Assembly: GCA_045614705.1 (NCBI GenBank)
Contig: JAZLDM010000017.1
Coordinates: 5,263 to 69,262, forward strand
DNA from: Akkermansia sp.
Lineage (GTDB): Bacteria > Verrucomicrobiota > Verrucomicrobiia > Verrucomicrobiales > Akkermansiaceae
Direction of reading: 5' to 3'
Length of the DNA stretch: 64,000 bases
Part shown: piece after piece, positions 19,454 to 26,793 of the stretch
How positions within the stretch are numbered: position 1 is the stretch's first letter
How the letters are laid out: each line of letters begins with the position of its first letter
Notes under the pieces: generated by a model
Seen by the model: the letters and a program-made list of their open reading frames with translations, nothing else
Databases searched by the model: none
Told to the model about the DNA's origin: nothing
Program-made: the position numbers and the translations under genes

Positions 19454-20098
19454 ATGTCTTTAGGACTTATTGGTAAGAAGGTTGGCATGACCCGCGTCTT
19501 CAACAAAGAGACCGGCGCCATGATCCCCGTCACGGTTATCGACGTGACCGGCAACACTTACGGCCAGATCAAGACCGCTGATAAGGATGGCTACACCGCC
19601 ATTCAGGTGGCATTCGACGAGCAGAAGGAGAGCCGCCTCTCCAAGCCCGTAGCAGGCCACTTTAAGAAACTCGGCATCGCCCCCGCCAAGCTCCTCAAGG
19701 AGTTCCGCGTAGATGCCGCCGAGCTGCCCGCTGAAGGTGCTGCTCACCCCGGTGCAGAGCTCTTTGAGGAGGGTGCCTGGGTTGACGTAATCGGCACCAG
19801 CAAGGGTAAGGGCTTCCAGGGCGTTGTGCGTCGTCACAACTTCTCCGGTTCCCCCATGACCCACGGCTCGATGATGCACCGCCGTACCGGTGGTGTGGGC
19901 GCTTGCGCCACTCCCTCCCGTGTATGGAAGGGTCAGAAGATGCCCGGTCACATGGGCAACGAGCGCAAGACTGTGCAGAACCTGAAGGTCGTTCAGGTGC
20001 GCAAGGATGACAACGTAATTCTTGTGTCCGGCCCCGTGCCCGGCGCTAAGGGTTCCTACGTTGTTGTTCGCCCGGCCAAGAAGAAGAACGGTAAATAA
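19454..20098 (+). CDS. rplC: 50S ribosomal protein L3
   Basis: MSLGLIGKKVGMTRVF... and FQGVVRRHNFSG. Confidence 0.97.
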   Translation: MSLGLIGKKVGMTRVFNKETGAMIPVTVIDVTGNTYGQIKTADKDGYTAIQVAFDEQKESRLSKPVAGHFKKLGIAPAKLLKEFRVDAAELPAEGAAHPGAELFEEGAWVDVIGTSKGKGFQGVVRRHNFSGSPMTHGSMMHRRTGGVGACATPSRVWKGQKMPGHMGNERKTVQNLKVVQVRKDDNVILVSGPVPGAKGSYVVVRPAKKKNGK

Positions 20099-20122
20099 TA
20101 TACGAACTAGGAGAACCTATCT

Positions 20123-20731
20123 ATGTCCGCAACAGAAATGACCATAGAGGCCGCTACCGCCGCGAATATCGTGACGGTAGGGCCCGAGAAAGGCAATCAG
20201 GCCGTACACGACCTGGTAGTTGCCTACCGCGCCAATCGCCGTACCGGCTCCGCTTGCACCAAGACTCGTGGTGAAGTTGCCGGTAACAACCGCAAGATCT
20301 ACCGCCAGAAGGGCACAGGTAATGCCCGTCACGGCGACCACCAGTCCCCCATTTTCGTGGGTGGTGGCGTTGTGTTCGGCCCCCGTCCCCACGACTACAG
20401 CAAGAAGGTGAACAAGTCCACCCGCAAGCTGGCCCTGCGCCGCGTGCTTGGTGACATCATCTCTGCCGGTAAGGTTTGCACCGTTCCTTCCTTCAGCATC
20501 GAGGACGGCAAGACCAAGAGCTTCGTAGCTGCTGTGGCTGAAATCGCCAACTGCCGCAAGGTTCTTGTCATTGCTGATTCTTTCGACGAGAAGACCAAGC
20601 TTGCAGGCCGCAACGTACAGGATGTACAGTTGATGAGCGCTGCCGAAGTGAACGTGGAGCAGCTGCTGCACGCTAACAAGGTTGTTATCGTTGAGTCCGC
20701 CCTCGAAACCATCGCCAACCGCACCAAGTAA
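20123..20731 (+). CDS. rplD: 50S ribosomal protein L4
   Basis: Contains KGTGNARHGD... and occupies the S10-operon position. Confidence 0.95.
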   Translation: MSATEMTIEAATAANIVTVGPEKGNQAVHDLVVAYRANRRTGSACTKTRGEVAGNNRKIYRQKGTGNARHGDHQSPIFVGGGVVFGPRPHDYSKKVNKSTRKLALRRVLGDIISAGKVCTVPSFSIEDGKTKSFVAAVAEIANCRKVLVIADSFDEKTKLAGRNVQDVQLMSAAEVNVEQLLHANKVVIVESALETIANRTK

Positions 20732-20733
20732 TC

Positions 20734-21018
20734 ATGAACGACATTTACGACGTAATCAAGAAGCCGCGCGTGTCCGAAAAGGCCGCTGTGCTGCACGAGA
20801 CCACCGGTGAGCTTGTGCTTGAAGTGGCGGTAAAGGCCACCAAGCTTGAAGTTAAGCAGGCCGTGGAGAAATGCCTCGGCAAGAAGGTAGCCGCTGTTCG
20901 CACGGCTAACTATGACGGTAAAGTGCGCCGCAAGCGCACCAAGGACGCCGGCAACGCTCCGGCATGGAAGAAGGCCTATGTGCGCCTCGCCGCTGGTGAG
21001 AGCCTCGACCTCGTCTAA
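20734..21018 (+). CDS. rplW: 50S ribosomal protein L23
   Basis: IKKPRVSEKA...LVLEVAVKATKLEVKQAVE; operon position. Confidence 0.95.
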   Translation: MNDIYDVIKKPRVSEKAAVLHETTGELVLEVAVKATKLEVKQAVEKCLGKKVAAVRTANYDGKVRRKRTKDAGNAPAWKKAYVRLAAGESLDLV

Positions 21019-21054
21019 TCTGAGAACCCATAACGACAATAGAAGTAAGCTATC

Positions 21055-21888
21055 ATGTCCCTCAAGTCATTCAAGCCTACAACTCCGTCCAACCGCTACA
21101 AGGTTCTGCCCGCGTTTGACGAGATCACCAAGAGCAAGCCGGAGAAGTCCCTTCTTCAGCCCATCCGCAAGAGCGGTGGCCGCAACAACAACGGCCGCAT
21201 CACCACTCGCCACATCGGCGGTGGCCACAAGAAGCACTACCGCCTGGTAGACTTCCGCCGCACTCGTACCGAGGCTGCCACTGTACTGGCAATCGAATAT
21301 GATCCGAACCGTACCTGCCGCATCGCCCTGGTACAGTACCCCGATGGTGCCAAGAGCTACATTCTTGCCCCCGTGGGTCTGACCGTTGGTATGACCGTAC
21401 AGGCCGGTGAGAACGTTGCCCCGAAGGTTGGCAACGCTATGCCCCTGAAGAACGTACCCCTGGGTACCGCCATTCACAACATCGAGGTGCGCCCCGGCAC
21501 CGGCGGCAAGATTGCTCGCTCTGCCGGTCAGCAGGCTGTGCTCTCTAACCGTGACGGCGACTATGCCCTGGTTAAGATGCCCTCCGGTGAAGTTCGCAAG
21601 TTCCGCGTAGAGTGCTACTGCACCATCGGTCAGGTGGGCAACACTCAGCACATGAACGAGTCCTCCGGTAAGGCCGGCCGTACACGTTGGATGGGTATCC
21701 GCCCGACCGTGCGTGGTATGTGTATGAACCCCGTCGACCACCCCAACGGTGGTGGTGAGGGTAAGTCCAAGTCCGGTGGTGGTCGTCAGCACCTGAAGTC
21801 CCCCTGGGGTCACACCAAGGGTCAGAAGACTCGCCGTCTGCGCAAGCCCAGCGACGTATTCATCGTACAGCGCCGCAAGAACAAGTAA
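21055..21888 (+). CDS. rplB: 50S ribosomal protein L2
   Basis: [15 protein letters not shown]..., GTAIHNIE..., [18 protein letters not shown]. Confidence 0.97.
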   Translation: MSLKSFKPTTPSNRYKVLPAFDEITKSKPEKSLLQPIRKSGGRNNNGRITTRHIGGGHKKHYRLVDFRRTRTEAATVLAIEYDPNRTCRIALVQYPDGAKSYILAPVGLTVGMTVQAGENVAPKVGNAMPLKNVPLGTAIHNIEVRPGTGGKIARSAGQQAVLSNRDGDYALVKMPSGEVRKFRVECYCTIGQVGNTQHMNESSGKAGRTRWMGIRPTVRGMCMNPVDHPNGGGEGKSKSGGGRQHLKSPWGHTKGQKTRRLRKPSDVFIVQRRKNK

Positions 21889-21916
21889 TTTTTAACCTTC
21901 AATATCACTTAGAACA

Positions 21917-22186
21917 ATGGGACGTTCCCTCAAAAAAGGACCCTTCGTAAGCCAGCCTCTTCTCGACAAGGTTGACGCCCAGCTTCAGAGCGGGGACCGC
22001 AAGCCGATTAAAACCTGGAGCCGCGCCTCCATGGTCATTCCGGATTTCGTTGGCCTCACTTTCCTCGTACACACCGGCAAGACCTTTGCTACCGTGTATG
22101 TAACGGAAAACATGGTCGGCCACAAGCTCGGTGAATTCGCCCCCACGCGTATCTTCAAGGCGCACGGCGGTATCGGCAAGAAGTAA
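21917..22186 (+). CDS. rpsS: 30S ribosomal protein S19
   Basis: [11 protein letters not shown]...[23 protein letters not shown]...[11 protein letters not shown]. Confidence 0.97.
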   Translation: MGRSLKKGPFVSQPLLDKVDAQLQSGDRKPIKTWSRASMVIPDFVGLTFLVHTGKTFATVYVTENMVGHKLGEFAPTRIFKAHGGIGKK

Positions 22187-22207
22187 TAGTAACCCGCACT
22201 TTGCCAC

Positions 22208-22918
22208 ATGTCCGCACCTCGTCTCAGCTCCGTGCTTCTCACCTTTGCCCTTTGTGGTATCGGGATGGTTGCCGGTGCAGGCGAGGGGGACAGTGGTGCT
22301 GCGGAACACAAGATCGCACAACTCGAACGCCAGGTCGCCACGCTTCGTGAAAGCTATGCCCTCTCTCGGGCTGATGCTGATGAAGCACGCCGCCAACTGC
22401 GCGAAATCCGCTCCAGATTGGAGGCTCTCGGTGGCGCAGCTCTTGGTAGCGGTGAGGAGCGCTTGATTGACACAGCAGCCCAGCTCGAAGCAGCAAATGC
22501 TGAGCTAGACACGCTGCGACAGTCCGCCCTCATGCTTTCTGCTGCTGTCACCGCTTATACTCGCGGTGCGTTGGTGGAGGATGCCGCTGCCCGTCAGGCT
22601 CTGGAGGCCGCCCTGCGAGAGCTCGATGTAGCCCTTGGGCTGCGCCAGGCTCCGCAGAATGACCTCACCGGTACGCTGACAGATGCCCGAGTGCTGAGCA
22701 TAGACTCAGAGAGTGGCCTTATCGTCATCAATGCCGGTCGCGAGAGTAAGGTAGAAGTGGGCATGCCCATGCAGGTAACCCGCGGTGACCAGGCAATCGC
22801 ACGTGCAATCGTGACTGATGTTCGCAAGAAAGTAGCAGGCATGCTGGTGCAACGCCAGCTTAACCCCGCTCTCTCTATAGCAGTCGGTGACAGTGTTTCC
22901 GTAACAAACAATGATTAA
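22208..22918 (+). CDS. Non-ribosomal insert in the S10 operon: membrane-anchored/secreted coiled-coil protein with a MreC-like C-terminal beta-domain
   Basis: 236 aa. N-terminal hydrophobic segment LSSVLLTFALCGIGMVAGAG, then an Ala/Leu/Arg/Glu-rich coiled-coil region of about 130 aa. The C-terminus ARVLSIDSESGLIVINAGRESKVEVGMPMQVTRGDQAIARAIVTDV resembles the MreC barrel pattern. 21-nt gaps to rpsS and rplV, with no terminator on either side. Confidence 0.6.
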   Translation: MSAPRLSSVLLTFALCGIGMVAGAGEGDSGAAEHKIAQLERQVATLRESYALSRADADEARRQLREIRSRLEALGGAALGSGEERLIDTAAQLEAANAELDTLRQSALMLSAAVTAYTRGALVEDAAARQALEAALRELDVALGLRQAPQNDLTGTLTDARVLSIDSESGLIVINAGRESKVEVGMPMQVTRGDQAIARAIVTDVRKKVAGMLVQRQLNPALSIAVGDSVSVTNND

Positions 22919-22939
22919 TCTTCAACAAATACCATAACA

Positions 22940-23278
22940 ATGGAAGTTAAAGCAGTATACAAGAACGCTCGCATCTCTGCGAAGAAGATGCGCGATGTAG
23001 CCGCTGCCGTTCAGGGTATGTCTGTTTCTCAGGCTACTGACGTGCTCAGCTACACTCCCAAGAAGGGCGCCTACCTCCTCAACAAGACTCTGAAGGCCGC
23101 CGTAGCCAATGCCGAGAACAACAATGGCCTCTCCGCTGATGAGCTCGTGCTCAAGAGCGTCATGGTTGACGAAGGTCCTACCTTCCGCCGTACAATGGCT
23201 CGTGCTCGCGGTTCCGCCAACATGATTCGCAAGCGCACCTCCCACATCACCGTCATCCTCGCCAACGCCGAGGCATAA
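22940..23278 (+). CDS. rplV: 50S ribosomal protein L22
   Basis: [23 protein letters not shown]...[30 protein letters not shown]. Confidence 0.96.
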   Translation: MEVKAVYKNARISAKKMRDVAAAVQGMSVSQATDVLSYTPKKGAYLLNKTLKAAVANAENNNGLSADELVLKSVMVDEGPTFRRTMARARGSANMIRKRTSHITVILANAEA

Positions 23279-23306
23279 CCACAACACAAGCACATATACA
23301 AACACT

Positions 23307-24041
23307 ATGGGACAGAAAGTAAATCCTATCGGCTTCCGTCTGGCCGTTACTAAAGACTGGCGCTCCAAGTGGTATGCTACCGGCAAGGACTATGCCACTA
23401 AGCTCCACGAGGACCTCAAGATCCGTAAGTTCATCAAGGACTACACCGCTAAGCTCAACAGCGACCTCAAGGGATCTTCCCCCGCTATCTCCCGCATCAC
23501 CATCGAGCGCGCTTGGAACAGCGTTCGCGTGACTATCGCTACCGCTCGCCCCGGTCTCGTTATCGGGCCCAAGGGTAAGAATATCGAAGACATGACTGCT
23601 GCACTCAGCAAGCTTTGCGGTGGTGCTCAGGTTAAGCTCGATATCATGGAGATTCGCCAGCCCGAGCTCGATGCTCAGCTTGTTGCTGAGAACATCGCCA
23701 CTCAGCTTGAGCGCCGCGTATCTTTCCGTCGCGCTATGAAGCGTGCCGTTCAGGTTGCCATGGACTTTGGTGCTGAGGGTATCCGCATTCGTTGCGCCGG
23801 CCGTCTGGGTGGTGCTGACATTGCCCGTGCCGAGCAGTACCGCGAAGGTAAAGTACCGCTTCAGACCCTGCGTGCCCCCATCGACTACGGTTTTGCCGAG
23901 GCTCGCACTCTCTACGGTATCATTGGTATTAAGTGCTGGATCAACACGCGCCCGGAAGTTCCCGGTGCAGCTCCCTCCGGCCGCCCGAACAACCGCCCGG
24001 CTCGCCCCCGTCGTGACCGTGGTGATCGCCGCGATGCTTAA
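23307..24041 (+). CDS. rpsC: 30S ribosomal protein S3 with an Arg/Pro-rich tail
   Basis: [24 protein letters not shown]..., KH domain, and [17 protein letters not shown]. Confidence 0.97.
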   Translation: MGQKVNPIGFRLAVTKDWRSKWYATGKDYATKLHEDLKIRKFIKDYTAKLNSDLKGSSPAISRITIERAWNSVRVTIATARPGLVIGPKGKNIEDMTAALSKLCGGAQVKLDIMEIRQPELDAQLVAENIATQLERRVSFRRAMKRAVQVAMDFGAEGIRIRCAGRLGGADIARAEQYREGKVPLQTLRAPIDYGFAEARTLYGIIGIKCWINTRPEVPGAAPSGRPNNRPARPRRDRGDRRDA

Positions 24042-24089
24042 TCCCCTACACATCATAAGAACCTTTAACGATTACAGGAGATATAAAAT

Positions 24090-24524
24090 ATGCCTTTAAT
24101 GCCTAAACGAGTGAAGGACAACCACCGCAAGATGCACCGCGGCAATCGCGGCGGTAATGCTACCAGCGGTGACTATGTTGCCTTCGGTGACTTCGGCCTT
24201 CAGGTACTGACTCGCGGTTGGGTAACCAACAACCAGATCGAGGCTTGCCGTATCGCCATCAACCGTTACCTGCGCCGTCGTGGTCGCGTGTACATCCGCA
24301 TCTTCCCGCAGAAGAGCTTCACCAAGCGCCCGCCGGATACCCGTATGGGTAAGGGTAAAGGTGCTGTTGAGGGCTGGATTGCTGTATGCCGCCCCGGCAA
24401 CATTATGTTCGAGGTTGGCGGTGTTACCGAGTCCGCCGCCCGCGAGGCTCTCCGCCTTGCTTCCAACAAGCTCGGCATCCGTACGCGTTTCGTATACCGC
24501 CAGGGCGTGGAGCCCCAGGCTTAA
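24090..24524 (+). CDS. rplP: 50S ribosomal protein L16
   Basis: MPLMPKRVK...[27 protein letters not shown]. Confidence 0.96.
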   Translation: MPLMPKRVKDNHRKMHRGNRGGNATSGDYVAFGDFGLQVLTRGWVTNNQIEACRIAINRYLRRRGRVYIRIFPQKSFTKRPPDTRMGKGKGAVEGWIAVCRPGNIMFEVGGVTESAAREALRLASNKLGIRTRFVYRQGVEPQA

Positions 24525-24554
24525 ACCAAGTAAACAACTAACATTACACAGATT

Positions 24555-24764
24555 ATGCCTGTAAAGAAAGCTAAAGACTTCCGCGGTATGCCCGCTAAGG
24601 AGCTCGCCGCCCACATCCGTGGTCTGCGCGAAGAGCTGTTCAACCTGCGCTTGCAGCAGGGTACCGGTCAGCTGGAGAACAACCAGCGCCTCCGCATCGT
24701 TCGCAAGGAACTCGCCTGCGCCCTGACTGTTCAGGGCGAGGGCGCCGCTGCCGAACAGAACTGA
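24555..24764 (+). CDS. rpmC: 50S ribosomal protein L29
   Basis: ELAAHIRGLREELFNLRLQQGTGQLENNQRLRIVRKELA. Confidence 0.93.
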   Translation: MPVKKAKDFRGMPAKELAAHIRGLREELFNLRLQQGTGQLENNQRLRIVRKELACALTVQGEGAAAEQN

Positions 24765-24791
24765 TAACGAAGTAACCTAAGGACTTATACA

Positions 24792-25067
24792 ATGAGCGAA
24801 GAAACTACTACGACCACCAAGCCTCAGGGCATTCGTAAGACCCGCGTCGGCGTTGTTGTCTCCAACAAGATGAGCAAGACCATCGTTGTGGAGTATGTGG
24901 CCCGTGTGCCGCACCCCGTGTTCAAGAAGATCGTTAAGAAGAGCAAGAAGTTCTATGCTCACGACGAGAACGAGACCGCGAACGTTGGCGATACCGTACG
25001 CATTCGTGAGACCCGCCCGCTTTCCAAGTTGAAGCGCTGGGAGCTCGTGGAAATCATCAAACACTAA
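24792..25067 (+). CDS. rpsQ: 30S ribosomal protein S17
   Basis: [18 protein letters not shown]...[32 protein letters not shown]. Confidence 0.95.
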   Translation: MSEETTTTTKPQGIRKTRVGVVVSNKMSKTIVVEYVARVPHPVFKKIVKKSKKFYAHDENETANVGDTVRIRETRPLSKLKRWELVEIIKH

Positions 25068-25089
25068 ACCGGAAAGGACATTACATACC

Positions 25090-25458
25090 ATGCTCCAGAT
25101 GGAATCCCTCGTTCAGGTCGCCGACAACACCGGCGCCCGCACCGCCAAGATGATTGGTGTTATCGGCAAGTCCGGTACCGATCAGGCTCACATCGGTGAC
25201 ATCATCACCTGCCACATTCGCGAGTCTATCCCCACTGCCTCCGTTAAGAAGGGCAGCGTGGTGAAGGCCGTGGTTGTCCGCACTGCTGCCCCCATCCGTC
25301 GCGATGATGGCTCCGTGCTCCGCTTTGACTCCAACGCTGTTGTGGTCATCGACAAGGACAACAACCCCAAGGGCACCCGTATCTTCGGGCCCGTGGCTCG
25401 CGAGCTTCGTGAAAAAGGTTTCATGAAGATTGTCTCTCTGGCACCTGAGGTGCTCTGA
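25090..25458 (+). CDS. rplN: 50S ribosomal protein L14
   Basis: [17 protein letters not shown]...VVRT...[11 protein letters not shown]...[12 protein letters not shown]. Confidence 0.97.
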   Translation: MLQMESLVQVADNTGARTAKMIGVIGKSGTDQAHIGDIITCHIRESIPTASVKKGSVVKAVVVRTAAPIRRDDGSVLRFDSNAVVVIDKDNNPKGTRIFGPVARELREKGFMKIVSLAPEVL

Positions 25459-25488
25459 TACCCCTTCTTGGGTATTTGTTGAAACTTT

Positions 25489-25523
25489 GGCCCTGTCTCT
25501 CAACGAGGCAGGGCCGGTTTTTT
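25489..25523 (+). terminator. Rho-independent terminator ending the ribosomal operon after rplN
   Basis: Stem GGCCCTGTCTC (25489-25499) / GAGGCAGGGCC (25505-25515) with one G-U pair, followed by GGTTTTTTG. Confidence 0.8.
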
Positions 25524-25535
25524 GTCGGTTGGCTA

Positions 25536-25573
25536 CAAATAAAAATCCCGCGCGGCGATGACGTCACGCGGGA
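25536..25573 (-). terminator. Terminator of the thioredoxin-like gene
   Basis: Stem TCCCGCG (25546-25552) / CGCGGGA (25567-25573). On the minus strand it is followed by TTTTTATTT. Confidence 0.55.
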
Positions 25574-25600
25574 AAAGTATGCGCACAGAGGCCGGGATTG

Positions 25601-26275
25601 TTAATCCTCTTTTTTGCGTTTAATGGTATAATCTCGCCAGTTCTCGAGGATTTCTTTCACTTTGCTGGCACCAACTGCTGATGTAATCTGTTGCCCGTTT
25701 TTATCCGCAATACTGATGGCGGGGAAGCCAGGCATAGCGCAGCCGGGTAGTCCCATGAAATTCGTTGCTTTGAGGTCATCAAAGGCCATACAGGGCATTT
25801 TGGCCTTGTACTCCTTCATATAGGCTATTGCCTCGGCCTTGCTCTTGTCGCCGTTGATGAGGATAAACTCTACTTGCTTGCTGCTGCGTATTTTCTTATA
25901 TTCTTTAACAGCTGAGGGCATGCACATCTTGCAGTAACCACACCAGCTGGCGGAGTACATGTATATGTAGTATTCGGCTTTCAGATTTGGTTTGCCGCTG
26001 ATAAACTTAAATTTCTTAAGAGCCTCGGCAACCTTGCTGACCTCCTTGGTATCGGTGGCTTTATCGTCTGTATCGGCTGCATCTTTTCCCTTTGCTGACT
26101 TCTTCTTCTTTTTTTTCTTTTTTGTTTTTGAAGAAGAATCAACGTCCTCGTCATTGAGTTCGGTTTCAACTGCCGGGTCGAGTTGCAATTCCTCCTGCCC
26201 CAGGGCAGACGTTGAGGTAAGGGGGAGCCCCATTAGTGCAACTAACAGCCCTATTGTATATTTACTGATTGCCAT
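25601..26275 (-). CDS. Secreted thioredoxin-fold (TlpA/DsbE-like) protein with an acidic then poly-Lys linker
   Basis: 224 aa. Signal peptide MAISKYTIGLLVALMGLPLTSTSALG. Low-complexity DEDVDSSSKTKKKKKKKKSAKGK. Thioredoxin motif SASWCGYCKMC. Lower GC (about 45% in one counted line). Confidence 0.75.
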   Translation of the reverse strand: MAISKYTIGLLVALMGLPLTSTSALGQEELQLDPAVETELNDEDVDSSSKTKKKKKKKKSAKGKDAADTDDKATDTKEVSKVAEALKKFKFISGKPNLKAEYYIYMYSASWCGYCKMCMPSAVKEYKKIRSSKQVEFILINGDKSKAEAIAYMKEYKAKMPCMAFDDLKATNFMGLPGCAMPGFPAISIADKNGQQITSAVGASKVKEILENWRDYTIKRKKED

Positions 26276-26281
26276 GTCCGT

Positions 26282-26310
26282 AGCTTAGCAAAGCACTACC
26301 CATGTGTCAA
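26282..26310 (-). promoter_or_regulatory. Sigma70-like promoter in leaderless geometry (thioredoxin-like gene)
   Basis: Minus strand: TTGACA (26310-26305), 17 nt, TAAGCT (26287-26282), 6 nt, ATG 26275. Confidence 0.5.
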
Positions 26311-26793
26311 TCGAAAAATCATACCATTTTCGTGTAAATTTGTTACTTCGAGCAATATCTATTTATGTCTCTATGAGTGTCTTTGGTATAATTTGGATTG
26401 CGCGATGCTGTGGGGTTATGGTATTATGTTTCGGAGTGAGGTTTGGCATGCCCTGTGTTTATTTTTCTGAGGAGAAAGGTATAAGCCGCAGCTTGCACAA
26501 AGATGGAGCGTTGCGCGGACATGATTTTGCCTCTTTGCCCTTGAAAGGAGTCTCCCCCTGATCCGAAGACCAGGGGGAGCCCAACTACCCTATGAAATGG
26601 ACCCTTTTGGACCCAAGAATCTGTTTTACGTCTGATTCCAAGGACAGGGGCATTATAACCAAATTTAGGTAGTTTCGTCAAGCAAAAAAGATGCTATTTT
26701 GTGGCATTTTGTGAGAGTTATGTGTAAACCACAGACTATCAGTAGGCACGAATGTGTATTACAATGTATGTGGTAGTGATTTTGAGGGCGAAA

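Noticed and set aside
22131-22466. 111-aa + ORF overlapping the rpsS end and the insert gene in another frame
   Set aside because: It is out of frame with two better-supported CDSs, is Ser/Arg/Pro-rich and has no start context.
26304-26681. Small ORFs 26304-26561 (+) and 26424-26681 (-) in the AT-rich gap
   Set aside because: They are mutually overlapping, have odd composition (Cys/Phe/Val-rich or Arg/Gly-rich), and lack promoter geometry, an RBS and motifs. The region is kept only as an unexplained non-coding region.
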